A DNA stretch of 64,000 nucleotides from a virus, in the IMG/VR virus record IMGVR_UViG_3300031414_000012, positions 39,149 through 103,148 of that record; one strand, written 5' to 3'. The position numbers were made by a program, and so were the translations under genes. Below, in pieces: positions 48,754 through 59,547 of the stretch. Position 1 is the first letter of the stretch, and every line of letters starts with the position of its first letter. Below the pieces are notes generated by a model that was not told where the DNA came from, did no database searches, and saw only the letters and a program-made list of their open reading frames with translations.

Positions 48754-49593
48754 CTACTCCGGAATTGTGTACTTCATTGACAAATAGTCAACTTTGCCTG
48801 GTATTTTGAAAAGGACTAACCCAACACCGCTGTTGTTAGCTGAGGCCGTTGTAACGATCGATTGGTTCGTTACGGAACCAAGATCTATACCGAACTCTGC
48901 CAGCATCACCTTACCGAGTATAATCCGGTTGGCTGCTTCATTTGTACTTCCCTTGCGGATGCTATCGAGGTCTGTAGCGTAGAAACTAAAGTCAACATCC
49001 TTAGTTAACCGTAGTCCGTTTGCAGGGAGTGTCTTATCTACGCCGTTTTCGGTGGCATACACGAAATCACTTACTGCATCAGCATCGACAAAGATGTTCA
49101 AGTCTTTATCGAGTGTGGATAGATCGACTGGCGGTACAACAACTTCTATATCAAAACTGCCGATGTAGTTTAAAGATGTTGCCTTAGCCTTGACCGTAAT
49201 CTTCTCCAGAGTATCGTCAGTGAGGTCTACGTCATAAACGTCCTCTGGGTAGAACTGTACGCCGCAAAGCTCTGAGAACGTGTCTAAGAACTCATACAGG
49301 GTACTTGCCTTGCTCGTCTTGCCGATCTCGTATTCAAACAGAATGCCTTTGAATAACAGACCAAGGTCGAGGCGATTATACGTGAGCGATACTTGACCCA
49401 CGTAGATATCCTTAAACCCTTCGACGTCATTCCCAGTACCGGATAGCACCACTTGGGTGTTTTCTGAACCAGACACAACTAAAGGCGCGCTGAGCGACAC
49501 GGATTCCCCATTAAGGGGAACCACGATGCCGGTTTGCTCGCCAGTTGCGTAGGCCAGTAGGGTGTCATTTCGAAATGCTTCTACAATGGCCAT
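48754..49593 (-). CDS. Paralog-array virion protein
   Basis: NTQVVL...GQVSLTYNRLDL...SLNYIGSF. Confidence 0.75.
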   Translation of the reverse strand: MAIVEAFRNDTLLAYATGEQTGIVVPLNGESVSLSAPLVVSGSENTQVVLSGTGNDVEGFKDIYVGQVSLTYNRLDLGLLFKGILFEYEIGKTSKASTLYEFLDTFSELCGVQFYPEDVYDVDLTDDTLEKITVKAKATSLNYIGSFDIEVVVPPVDLSTLDKDLNIFVDADAVSDFVYATENGVDKTLPANGLRLTKDVDFSFYATDLDSIRKGSTNEAANRIILGKVMLAEFGIDLGSVTNQSIVTTASANNSGVGLVLFKIPGKVDYLSMKYTIPE

Positions 49594-49601
49594 AATGCAC
49601 C

Positions 49602-50447
49602 TTATGCGTTGTAGTGGAACAGTAAACGACCCGCCATATTGCTACAGAGCTTATCCAACTGTACGACCAACAGTCGCGTGAAGCCACGACGGGTACTGTA
49701 GGTGTCAACAACCGGGCCGTTATAAATGGCCTCAGCGTTATACAGGTTAAAGTCGGCAGCCTGAGAACGCATTACCCAAACGTCAGGTTTTGCGTACTTA
49801 TTCAGCAACTGAAGCACACCATCCAGCGGCGTATTGAAGTCGACGTTAACCAGGATACTAGCGTCATCAGTAAAGTCCTTACTGTATACGTACAGATCGC
49901 CCTGTATCAGCGTAGACTGGCCTGTCGGGTAGCGAAGCACCGGTAGCACTCGATTGAGTACAGCGTCGTCCAGATTGATTGGGAGGCGCTCAACGATGAC
50001 CTGGAAAGATCCCTGCCAGGCTGGGTTATCGTGTTTGAATACGATATCTACCGTAACGGGTAATTTACTCAGGTCAACAAGACCATCCTCAATGTCTTCA
50101 GAAGACAACGCTAACCCGTAAAGGCTATTGATATCTTCCAGCAGGTCGGTAATGTTTTTCTGGCTCTTCGGACGAATAACGGTGGCTACTGATCCGAAGA
50201 TATTAGCCGCGTCTAACCGTCGATAGGTAATGACGGTATTCTCCTTGAAGTCACCGCCAAACACCGCCAGTAAGTCAGCCATGGTATCGCGGATGGCTGG
50301 CGTACCTTCGATTAAGGTAGGGTCTGGATTTGCTCGCGGGTTCGACACGATAACGTCAGAACGCGAAAGCATCAGATTGTTATCGCGATTGATTAACGCA
50401 ATGACCATCTCTTGGGACGGTAGATTACGTGGGATATCAGTATACAT
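49602..50447 (-). CDS. Paralog-array virion protein (phiKZ gp130-like position)
   Basis: SQEMVIALINRDN...ITYRRLD...WQGSF; VYSKDFT C-terminal domain. Confidence 0.75.
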   Translation of the reverse strand: MYTDIPRNLPSQEMVIALINRDNNLMLSRSDVIVSNPRANPDPTLIEGTPAIRDTMADLLAVFGGDFKENTVITYRRLDAANIFGSVATVIRPKSQKNITDLLEDINSLYGLALSSEDIEDGLVDLSKLPVTVDIVFKHDNPAWQGSFQVIVERLPINLDDAVLNRVLPVLRYPTGQSTLIQGDLYVYSKDFTDDASILVNVDFNTPLDGVLQLLNKYAKPDVWVMRSQAADFNLYNAEAIYNGPVVDTYSTRRGFTRLLVVQLDKLCSNMAGRLLFHYNA

Positions 50448-50462
50448 TCGTTACCTCAGGAA

Positions 50463-52736
50463 TCAGCGAACATCTTTCGGTCTAAAACCGATAAGACTCT
50501 TAGTGGTGACCTCGTCAGAAATTTCTTTCTCACTCAGATCTCCCAGTCCGTTCAAATCGTTCGTGGTCAGCGTCTTGCCGTTTTCGTTGGTGTAGGTCCA
50601 ATCAAGTAAACCATTAAGATCGGTATTACCCAACACAGCGTCCAACTCAACCATCTTCGCCCTGCGGATATAAACCGTAGGGATTTGTCCGCGTATGCGA
50701 ATCTCGCCACGTCCGGTCAAGTTGAAGTCGAGATCAACACTATCCTTTATAGCAGCGTTAGACTGAACTTCGGCAGACCATTGCGTGCCCTGCTCGGTGA
50801 GGCCGTAGTCTATCGCCGCTTCAGATTTCACACCCCAGTTCTTAACGTGTGCTGGCATCCATGGGTGTCGGATATTACCATAGCCGTAAAGTCCAATATC
50901 ACCCAAACGTATAACACGCCAGTCTGCCACAATGGCAGGGTTCTGGTTGATTGTTTGAATAGCATGGATGGTGTATGAACTTAACTGAAGGAACAGACGC
51001 AGCATTGCGGCGTGTATCTCAGCCAGTGACTTACTATAGAACAAGTCACTTCCCGTTGCCTGGGTAAAGATAGCTGTAGCCAACTGCATGTACGTATCTG
51101 CATCCCAACCATCTAACTCCCAGTTACGCTCACGGAAGTAGTCGCTCAACAACGTACCTTTCGGTGCGAAATAGCAGCGTTTAGTTTGGAACAACTTACG
51201 ACAGACAGCTTCCATCTGACCACGAGCACGGTAGTGTTCACGGAGTGAGTAAAGTTCACGGTGCGCTAGTTGCGTTTCACGAATCTCTACGCATTTCAAA
51301 TAGAACCCTTCCGTCGATACCAGCTTTGGTAACGCTGGCATTGCACGCATGGCAACTGTAATCAGGTCATCACTGACAAGATACGGCTCAGCTACACCAC
51401 GGAGTTCGTCAAACGTCGGACGATCTAAGCGGACCACGTCCCATGCCTCTGGAATAGGCACTTGCGTTAAGGTTACGCCGAATGCTCTATTCAGACAGTA
51501 GTTGAAAGCAACCCATGCGTCTTTAACAGACATAACCATGTTCAATCCAGAACGCGGATTTTGTACGGTTATCATCGAGGTGAAGACGCCTTCACTACCA
51601 AACAGTATCCAATGGTTATAGAGCGTATCCACCAAACGTACCGGTGTCAGCAATGAAATATCAACAACCTCGGACTCAAGGACTTTGGTTGGAATCTCGC
51701 CCATCAACCCGCGACTAAACTTGAAGTTGATATCGGCATCTGCCGTTTCAAGGTTGTCCGTGTTGTCTCGTGCTAATGGTTGCTCTTTTTCAAGGATTTC
51801 ACGAACTGTTTTGTTGTCGTGACGAATCTCCTGCTCCTGTTGGAAGTTCAACGGTGTGAAGGAAAGACTGGCACGGTTATAAAGCGTTGTCAGCAAGTCT
51901 TCGTCACTAGCCACCATGTTATACTGACCAATCGGGAATCCACGTTTTGTCATGACGTTTTTGATAAGGACGGTTTTGGTTTCGTCTTTACCGTTGTTAT
52001 GATCAATCCAACGAATATCACGATATAACCACATAGCTTGTTCGCGAGTCAGGAACTCACGGTAATCATCTAAATAGTTATGAGAAGCCAGGTAAGCCCA
52101 AAGGTGAAAACTATGGACGTAGTTGGTCCTACAGTTCCTTTGGCGTATTTCCATGATGGCACTAGGAATTGCAAAATGCAACTGTCGAAGTGCTGATGCC
52201 AGATACAGATCTTCTACCAGCGAGAAGTCGTTATGCAAATAACGTCTCACGAAGGAATCAATGAATTTCTGTAACTCTGGGATTAAGTTCTCTTCCCACG
52301 GCTCAACGAGGTCGTCGTCGTAATAAAGGATGCTGTGATCTGGGGCACTAATTGCCGTCTGTAAATCAACAGGCGTGATAATGCCGCGAATCAGAGCACG
52401 CTGCTCGGGATATCGTCTGACCAGTTCCTTATAGTAGCTACTGCCCAGGGTGTATTCACGCGCCGTGGTACTGTGCTTCAATAAGTTTTCTTTGGTGAAG
52501 TCAATCTCTTCTAACGTATCCAAAGAACGAACTGTCATCATTGTGTTCTCAGGATGATACTCACCTGCAAGGTTGAGGTAATACATCCAGGACTCGGGGC
52601 GTGTCGTATCGACATCACGCCGATATTCCATCAGTCCTCTATTTAGTGCCTCTGCCGAACCTGCGGACTTAATGACCAGCGTCTTACCCAGCTGGAGCGT
52701 ATTAGCCCGATAGATATCGTATAAGTTACTGGACAT
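50463..52736 (-). CDS. Conserved virion/baseplate protein (phiKZ gp128-like) with repeated C-terminal peptide motif
   Basis: WMYYLNLAGEYH, SLDTLEEIDFTKENL; tail LDAVLGNTDLNGL / TTNDLNGL / ISDEVTTKSLIGF. Confidence 0.7.
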   Translation of the reverse strand: MSSNLYDIYRANTLQLGKTLVIKSAGSAEALNRGLMEYRRDVDTTRPESWMYYLNLAGEYHPENTMMTVRSLDTLEEIDFTKENLLKHSTTAREYTLGSSYYKELVRRYPEQRALIRGIITPVDLQTAISAPDHSILYYDDDLVEPWEENLIPELQKFIDSFVRRYLHNDFSLVEDLYLASALRQLHFAIPSAIMEIRQRNCRTNYVHSFHLWAYLASHNYLDDYREFLTREQAMWLYRDIRWIDHNNGKDETKTVLIKNVMTKRGFPIGQYNMVASDEDLLTTLYNRASLSFTPLNFQQEQEIRHDNKTVREILEKEQPLARDNTDNLETADADINFKFSRGLMGEIPTKVLESEVVDISLLTPVRLVDTLYNHWILFGSEGVFTSMITVQNPRSGLNMVMSVKDAWVAFNYCLNRAFGVTLTQVPIPEAWDVVRLDRPTFDELRGVAEPYLVSDDLITVAMRAMPALPKLVSTEGFYLKCVEIRETQLAHRELYSLREHYRARGQMEAVCRKLFQTKRCYFAPKGTLLSDYFRERNWELDGWDADTYMQLATAIFTQATGSDLFYSKSLAEIHAAMLRLFLQLSSYTIHAIQTINQNPAIVADWRVIRLGDIGLYGYGNIRHPWMPAHVKNWGVKSEAAIDYGLTEQGTQWSAEVQSNAAIKDSVDLDFNLTGRGEIRIRGQIPTVYIRRAKMVELDAVLGNTDLNGLLDWTYTNENGKTLTTNDLNGLGDLSEKEISDEVTTKSLIGFRPKDVR

Positions 52737-52779
52737 TAAACGTCCTCCAAAATATCACTAAACCCTACGAGGTTTCGCA

Positions 52780-55455
52780 ATGACAGATAAGATTAAGAAA
52801 GAGTCGGTAATGATTCGCGCCGAAAGTGTAATGGGGGGTCGGTCTAAACACCGTCGTGAGTCACCCATTACAGCCGCTGTAGCGACCAAACTCGTACGGG
52901 ACACTCGCTCAGGTAGCACTAACCGCAACTATGCAAATACGTTGCAGGCGAAGACCGATGTGCTTTTCGGACAGTCCGAGAAGATCGCAGCAAACATGAA
53001 CGACATTGAGAATATCTTTGAAGTTCTACCGGAAACCGAACGCTGTGAGATGATTATCACAAGCTGCATTCTGTCTCCGGACGACATGAAGTCGGTTAAC
53101 CTGCGCTACGTTGCTGACCGCACAAGACTCCCTGCATCCATCCAGGCGGGCATGTTAGCCGTCATGGAGGACTTCGGCACGAAGACCTATAACATTAAGG
53201 AGAAGCTCCCTAAGATCATCAGTAAAGCTCTCTTTAAATCGGGTAGTTTTCCTATTCTTTGCATCCCAGAAAGCTCTCTGGATCTGCTGATCAACCACGA
53301 TAACCGTATCTCGGTAGAGTCGGCTAACTTCCTGCAAAATGAGATTGCTCCGAAGGGTGTTCTGGGTGATAACAACGCAACCCTGAGTAAAGAGCGTGCT
53401 GAGACACGCCATGCCGGACGTGCAGTTTCTCTGGAGTCAATGGTTGGCGATTCTCGTCCTACGCGGGGCATGACAAACAACCGCATTATTGGCTCACTGT
53501 CGGTTAGCGATAACCCCAACATCATCAAGTTACCGCGTGTCCAGGAGGCGATCACTACTCAGCGCGTAATGGACGCTTATCACAGTAGCGGCACGTATGG
53601 GATGGAGAACTATGAGGACGGTCGCCGTTTAAACGACATCGCTCGTCGCCTTTATGTTCGTCGCCGTAACCGAACTGAGGAAGTCGTTCGTATCCGCACA
53701 CAGGATCAAACCAACCGTAACTCTGTTGGCCATCCAATGCTGATCGACCTGAGTTCCGATGCCGTTATTCCGGTAGGCAACCCAACGAACATGTCAGAAC
53801 ACTTCGGCTACTTCGTTTTAGTTGATGGTTTTGGTAACCCGCTTAATAACTCTCAGGATAGTTTGTATTCTACGCAGCTGAATGCGCGTTTGAATCGTAA
53901 CAAAACTGAAGCGTCGTCTATGTTGAACGACATGCGTACTAACCTCTATGGCGACTGTGGTGACGCAGACCAAGAGTATAAGGCACACATGTATGATGAC
54001 TTTATGGACTTCATTGAGCGTGACTTACTGGAGCGTTTCGACAATGGTGCGATGCGTGGCCGTGCTGTTCAGATTGCTCGTCCAAATGCCGTGTATCAGA
54101 TGATGTGGTCTCGTGTGCTGGCTAATAAACAGACGCAGGTAGTTTACGTACCACGCGAACTGATGACCTACTTTGCATTCGACTATAACAAAGTCGGTGT
54201 CGGTAAGTCTCTGACCGATGGCACTAAAATCCTGGCGTCTCTCCGCGCACTGTTACTGTTTGCAACCACCCGTGCGGCTGTACGTTCAGCGGTAGGCCAC
54301 AAGGTCTTGAACCTGCAACTTGACCCAGCAATCACTGACCCTGAGAAATGGGTACAGCAGATGGTCCATGAGTACATTCGTGTAAACAATGGTAACTATC
54401 CTCTGGGTACGTCTGACCCTAACGACATTATGTCTTATATGGAACAGGCGGGTATCTCGGTGAACGTTGAAAACCACCCAGGTTATCCTGAGGTTAAAGC
54501 CAACGTTGAAGCGGTATCGAGTGCGGTACAGCAGATCGATCCAGACATTGACCGTGAACTCCGTAACCGTCACATCTCTCGTTATGGTTTACCACCTGAG
54601 GTTGTCGATAGCTCCACTGGCGTTGACTTTGCTGCGACTATTCGTACATCAAACGTGTTCTTCGATAAGCAGATCACGATGTACGCTACGTCGTTGTGTG
54701 AGCAAGTGAGTGACCACTTCAGGATGATTGCGGTTAACAGTGGTACCATCATGGCCGATCTGTTTGCTGTAATCGATGAGAACGAAGATCAGGTTCCTGC
54801 TGGGGAACGTAATGGCGACTGGCGTGCGGAGATGGTTATCGAGTTCCTCGAAAACTTCCGTGTCGAATTGCCTGAGTCTAACAACACTCGTCTGGAAACC
54901 CAGCTTCAGAAGATCGCTACCTATACCCAGGTATTGGATGCGGTGTTTGCTGCGTTTGCTAACGTGGAAGTGTTGCAACAGATGGACCCTGATGCTGATC
55001 GTGAAGCTTGTGAAGCAACCATCACAGCAATGCGTATGCACTTCATGCGTGAGTTTATTATCAGTGAGGGTATCCTGCCTGAAGTTACTGAGGCACTTAC
55101 CTGGCCTGGTGACGATGAAGACCCGGCTTACGACTTCATGCGTAAACAGACTGGCTACTTCGAAGCGCTTAGCAATACCATGAAAACCCTGATGGACAAC
55201 ATCAAGGACATGCGTTCTAAGCAGAAGCCAGAAGGCACTGACAATGAAAACACGAACACCGGCGATAACTGGAACACTGGCGGTTCCGATACTAGCTGGG
55301 ATACTGGTAGCACGGACACTTCGTTGACACAGCCGACCATGCCAAGCGACACCAATGCTGACCTTCCGAATGACGGTGGGACTCCATCGGGGTTAGATGA
55401 AACCTTAGGTGGCAACGGTAACGACGCGCAGTTAGATAATGACTTGAGCGTTTAA
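52780..55455 (+). CDS. Portal protein (phiKZ gp129-like)
   Basis: 891 aa; SVE/S, SLE/S and GME/N protease-type sites; acidic disordered tail; gene order. Confidence 0.65.
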   Translation: MTDKIKKESVMIRAESVMGGRSKHRRESPITAAVATKLVRDTRSGSTNRNYANTLQAKTDVLFGQSEKIAANMNDIENIFEVLPETERCEMIITSCILSPDDMKSVNLRYVADRTRLPASIQAGMLAVMEDFGTKTYNIKEKLPKIISKALFKSGSFPILCIPESSLDLLINHDNRISVESANFLQNEIAPKGVLGDNNATLSKERAETRHAGRAVSLESMVGDSRPTRGMTNNRIIGSLSVSDNPNIIKLPRVQEAITTQRVMDAYHSSGTYGMENYEDGRRLNDIARRLYVRRRNRTEEVVRIRTQDQTNRNSVGHPMLIDLSSDAVIPVGNPTNMSEHFGYFVLVDGFGNPLNNSQDSLYSTQLNARLNRNKTEASSMLNDMRTNLYGDCGDADQEYKAHMYDDFMDFIERDLLERFDNGAMRGRAVQIARPNAVYQMMWSRVLANKQTQVVYVPRELMTYFAFDYNKVGVGKSLTDGTKILASLRALLLFATTRAAVRSAVGHKVLNLQLDPAITDPEKWVQQMVHEYIRVNNGNYPLGTSDPNDIMSYMEQAGISVNVENHPGYPEVKANVEAVSSAVQQIDPDIDRELRNRHISRYGLPPEVVDSSTGVDFAATIRTSNVFFDKQITMYATSLCEQVSDHFRMIAVNSGTIMADLFAVIDENEDQVPAGERNGDWRAEMVIEFLENFRVELPESNNTRLETQLQKIATYTQVLDAVFAAFANVEVLQQMDPDADREACEATITAMRMHFMREFIISEGILPEVTEALTWPGDDEDPAYDFMRKQTGYFEALSNTMKTLMDNIKDMRSKQKPEGTDNENTNTGDNWNTGGSDTSWDTGSTDTSLTQPTMPSDTNADLPNDGGTPSGLDETLGGNGNDAQLDNDLSV

Positions 55456-55482
55456 AAGCACAAAAAAAAAATAAGCATAGCA

Positions 55483-55508
55483 CTCCTCTACCCTTGTGGG
55501 TAGAGGAG
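55483..55508. terminator. Bidirectional terminator
   Basis: CTCCTCTACCC-TTGT-GGGTAGAGGAG with A and T runs on both sides. Confidence 0.8.
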
Positions 55509-55620
55509 GCTTGCTTTTTATGCCGGTTTCGAATAAGACTGGGTGTAGGGTTAGTACTACCCAGTTACTCTAACTGAATATCCGATGTGTGTGATTAGCA
55601 CTCCATCGGCAACTCTCGGG

Positions 55621-57930
55621 TTAAGAGAGAAGTTCAGCTACTCGGTTATGGTGAGAGATGATGAAGCAATCGCCATCCACTGCAAATGCACCAACATCCA
55701 CGTAGAACGTCGCATTATCGGTTGTAATAACGCGCACCACATCCGCCGGGTTGTTGAAGACTTCGTGTGAGCTTTTGCGCACAGTGGTCAACAGTTTATG
55801 GAGGTGCGGTGACTGAGAGGCAGCCACACCGACAAAGCGTTCTTCTGAATCAGGTACTACACCCAAACCATCCACGGTACTGAACGGTAGGGTAACTGTT
55901 GACACCGTGGTCACAAAGACTGCGTAATCTTCAGTTGCCAGCTCACTGCCGAGAATATCAGTGTAGCGGGTAGCCTCCCGAGGAAGGATTTTTGCGAAAC
56001 GACTGAATTGTTTAAACTCAGTGTTCAGCTTCTCAGTTGCGGTGGACTCACCTAATTCTTCAACAATAGCCGCCATTGCATCGTTGTAGTCCTCGGTGAA
56101 GCTTTCTACTTCGAACGACATTGCCAGGCGGTTACGCAGGAAGTCGTTGAAGCGTGCGGTCAGGCGAGACAGGTAAACTTCCTGGAAGCCTTTAGGCAGT
56201 TTAGCAACAGCGTCGGGTAACGCTTCAGCCATACGCTTAAAGGTAGCCATTCCAGCCACTACGTGGCGGAGCTTATCCAGTTCTTTGAACCCGTCTTTGC
56301 CCAGATACACTGGAACCAGCCGACGCTCGTTGAAACCTTCAATGGTAACTTCACGCTCTTTGGACAGCTTGTCCTTAATAGCGCGTGCAATGCTATCACT
56401 GGTGGTGTTGCGTGGGCTAGTATCAAACGCTTTGCGGTCAGCAGTTGCAACCACAGCTTCGATACCATTTGCTTCGTCAGCCTTGACTTCCCGACGGTTG
56501 TCAGAAACGTCAATACGCTTCTCAGTCTGTTGAAGCAGTTCCAATACGTTAATGCTTGAGCCTTTACTCTGCACAACAAGCAGTTCGGCGATGTGATCTT
56601 GCATTTCCACGTCGGTGTCCTCAGGATATTTCGGTTTAATGAATTCCACCAACAGTCCTTCCGGATTGATAAAGCGGAACTTTACATAATGTAACGCATC
56701 GTACGCCATCGGCCACGGAGTAATCCGGCGGTCATAGGCAACAATACCATCCACATCATGTTCATAAAACTTCCATCCACCACACAACTGCGGATCGTTC
56801 AACGTGCGAGCAGCGAAGTTCAGCATAGCTAATGCATCGTGCTTCTCATCGAACGGATCAAATGCTACATCATCGAAATCTTCCATGACGCCATCGTTGC
56901 CGGTTTGGTTCATCAGGTCATCGTGATTTGGCTGGAAGATAACCTCACCGCCATCAGATAAACCTAACTCACTTTCATCGACCATGTCCACACCACGCAT
57001 TGGAGCTTCGGTGCGGTTTTGGTGTAGGGTATCGCGCTGCATTGCTGCATTCTGCATACCGTCGAACATGTTGTTGAAAACAGGATCGTTTCCATATTCG
57101 AACGGTTTAGCAGTTGGCTTAGGCTCTTGCTCTACTGGAGTGAACTGAGCAGCAGCTGCTTCCGCTGTCCAATCCAGCACTGAACCGGTACGCACACGCA
57201 GTGGGTCTGGTTTATACTCAGAGTTTTCTGAATACGAACGTTCGCCTGGTTCTACGTGCCCGCCGGCAGGACGACTGTGCCCGCCTGTTTCAGCTTCAGC
57301 CTCGGCTTCCATAAACATCGAAGCAATGCTGCCGCCAGCAACCCCAGTCAGATTACTACTGCGTTTAGCCTCTGGTTCACGATGACTGACAAACAGGTCA
57401 TTCTTCTGACCGCGAGATCCATAGGACCCAGCGCCGGTTTCGCGTGAAGTTTCGCGCCCTCCTTGGGAACCATACCCATAGCCACCACCGCCGCGACGTA
57501 AACCCATGACGTTAGCGTAATCGGCTGAGGTCCCGGCGATCATATCGAATGTCTGACCAGCGAAGCGCTCGATGTCACCACGCAGACGAGGGTCTTCCTG
57601 ACAGATGATCGAATACAGCAACCATCCGCCTAAACCAACACCCGCCATCAGTAGTGGATCGTCGTTATTACGACGCGCCGCCTGGTCAAAGTTACCCATA
57701 GCTGCCATTACATCAGGCAGATAGCGATTGATACCATTCATCGCCATTCGATAGAAGTTCTCACCAACGTTTGCATTTAAACCACGGTCGATGTCTTGAC
57801 ACATGGATGTTACAAACTTGTCGGCCTCAGCCGCAACACGTTCTTCGTCGCGACGGTTGTTGCCATAACCGGCGGAATGGTATCCGCCTTGGCTTGGAGA
57901 TTGGCTGCGATAGCCCTGAGACTGATACAT
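55621..57930 (-). CDS. Conserved hypothetical protein with low-complexity N-terminal half
   Basis: 769 aa; G/S/R/Y-rich and acidic stretches; co-operonic with the nvRNAP subunit gene. Confidence 0.6.
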   Translation of the reverse strand: MYQSQGYRSQSPSQGGYHSAGYGNNRRDEERVAAEADKFVTSMCQDIDRGLNANVGENFYRMAMNGINRYLPDVMAAMGNFDQAARRNNDDPLLMAGVGLGGWLLYSIICQEDPRLRGDIERFAGQTFDMIAGTSADYANVMGLRRGGGGYGYGSQGGRETSRETGAGSYGSRGQKNDLFVSHREPEAKRSSNLTGVAGGSIASMFMEAEAEAETGGHSRPAGGHVEPGERSYSENSEYKPDPLRVRTGSVLDWTAEAAAAQFTPVEQEPKPTAKPFEYGNDPVFNNMFDGMQNAAMQRDTLHQNRTEAPMRGVDMVDESELGLSDGGEVIFQPNHDDLMNQTGNDGVMEDFDDVAFDPFDEKHDALAMLNFAARTLNDPQLCGGWKFYEHDVDGIVAYDRRITPWPMAYDALHYVKFRFINPEGLLVEFIKPKYPEDTDVEMQDHIAELLVVQSKGSSINVLELLQQTEKRIDVSDNRREVKADEANGIEAVVATADRKAFDTSPRNTTSDSIARAIKDKLSKEREVTIEGFNERRLVPVYLGKDGFKELDKLRHVVAGMATFKRMAEALPDAVAKLPKGFQEVYLSRLTARFNDFLRNRLAMSFEVESFTEDYNDAMAAIVEELGESTATEKLNTEFKQFSRFAKILPREATRYTDILGSELATEDYAVFVTTVSTVTLPFSTVDGLGVVPDSEERFVGVAASQSPHLHKLLTTVRKSSHEVFNNPADVVRVITTDNATFYVDVGAFAVDGDCFIISHHNRVAELLS

Positions 57931-57939
57931 TCTGATTCC

Positions 57940-59547
57940 TTATTTACGTGAAATTTTGTTCTGAAGATCGCTGATGATCGGCTGTCGCGCCGGATCTGGC
58001 ACAATCGTACCATCCGGTTCCAACCTAACTGCCGGGTTGGCGCGAGTACGACCGGTGGGTTCAGATTTAGGTTGGTTGGTTAAACTACCTGCCTCAACGA
58101 TAGAGCCATGCAGGAACTTCGCAGGGTCAGCCAGGTTGGCAGATTTCTTATTGCCGCTACCTGCTGTTGCGTCGCCTTGCAGAACAACGTTAGACGTAAT
58201 CTTAAACATCATGTTATCGCCAGGATAACTTACGCCACCAACTTCGCCGTGTTTCGCACCTGAGATCTCCAGGATACGATCTGGCTTCAACCACCGTTGC
58301 AGAATCTTGTTGATGTCTGTTTCGGTAATCTTGTTCGGTGGCAGAGACTGAAGCTTAAAGATCAGCTTCGAGATCTCTTTGGTGATATCAAACAACAGAT
58401 AGCGCAGCACGGTAAGTCGTTTACCGTACATCGATGCGATGTCTGAGCTGATGATCATGTTAGAGAAGTTCTGGATAATGTACAGGAACAGTTCGTAGAT
58501 ATCAACAGCTGGGATATTGTCATCCGCAAGCTGCTCACGAATCATTCCGTCCATATAGCCTTCGACAGAGTTCAGGTGCGTGTCAATGCTTTCCAGTAAT
58601 TTCCCCAGATTGTTTTTGTTCTTAAAGACAATCTGACCCAGCAAGATCTTCCACTGTTGAACGTCATCCATTTCGTCCAGGTTAACGCGATCAGGGAAAT
58701 AATCCACGACATAAAAGAAGGTAGCAATCAATGAACTGACCGTAGGGGTCATATCACTTTCATGCACCAGTAAAGCAATGTCCGTTGGGCGGTAGTAGTT
58801 GGTTTTCAATGAAGCGGGTTTATAGCCTGTTGACGTACACACGCGATAGCCCTTCTTCACATTGACGAAATCATCTACCGTACCGATGCTAACGCCACCT
58901 TTACATATGCGCTCAAACGTTCCCCGCACCCCGTACTTACAGAAGAGATAGAGGAACAACGGTGTTTTCATATCCGTTGGGACAGTGGCCGTACCATCTG
59001 TGTTCGGTTTCTTGAGTCCGTGGTGAATCGCGGACCAATAGACGTAGGCAGTTTCAGTACGACCGTCAACTTTGAAGTGTGCGGATAGTCTTTCGAAAGT
59101 AAGCTTATCGCGGTTAAATGGTAAAAAGAGATCGTTCGTACCAACAGAGATTAAACGATCAGCCAACACCGGATAAACAAAGAAGCTGGAACCACGGATA
59201 TGAATCTCACCGGCATCTCCAACAAATGGCAGGAAGATCTTAACGGGATCTAACGTTTTGCCATGTAAGCTCATTGAGTATTCGCACATAAAAACATCAC
59301 TACGCGCTAGCTCAAATGCCTGCACGTTGTTACGCTTTTTAGTGACTGCCATATACTCAGCTTTTGGAGTACAACGACGCCAACCTTCATAGCGCATTCC
59401 TTCGGGAAAGCTTTCCTGCGCACACCGGAACAGGTGGTCGACATAACGCTCCGACCCCGGTACCTCACGAACAGCCACGCCCTCTGCGATCGTGCTGTTG
59501 AACTTCGGTGTGTTATCGTAGACCAAACCAAATAGATAGTTGTCCAC
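57940..59547 (-). CDS. Non-virion RNA polymerase beta-like subunit (phiKZ gp123-like)
   Basis: IFLPFVGDAGEIHIRGS (RpoB N-terminal-like), YGKRL, KSEPTGRTRANP; position near the MCP gene. Confidence 0.75.
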   Translation of the reverse strand: MDNYLFGLVYDNTPKFNSTIAEGVAVREVPGSERYVDHLFRCAQESFPEGMRYEGWRRCTPKAEYMAVTKKRNNVQAFELARSDVFMCEYSMSLHGKTLDPVKIFLPFVGDAGEIHIRGSSFFVYPVLADRLISVGTNDLFLPFNRDKLTFERLSAHFKVDGRTETAYVYWSAIHHGLKKPNTDGTATVPTDMKTPLFLYLFCKYGVRGTFERICKGGVSIGTVDDFVNVKKGYRVCTSTGYKPASLKTNYYRPTDIALLVHESDMTPTVSSLIATFFYVVDYFPDRVNLDEMDDVQQWKILLGQIVFKNKNNLGKLLESIDTHLNSVEGYMDGMIREQLADDNIPAVDIYELFLYIIQNFSNMIISSDIASMYGKRLTVLRYLLFDITKEISKLIFKLQSLPPNKITETDINKILQRWLKPDRILEISGAKHGEVGGVSYPGDNMMFKITSNVVLQGDATAGSGNKKSANLADPAKFLHGSIVEAGSLTNQPKSEPTGRTRANPAVRLEPDGTIVPDPARQPIISDLQNKISRK

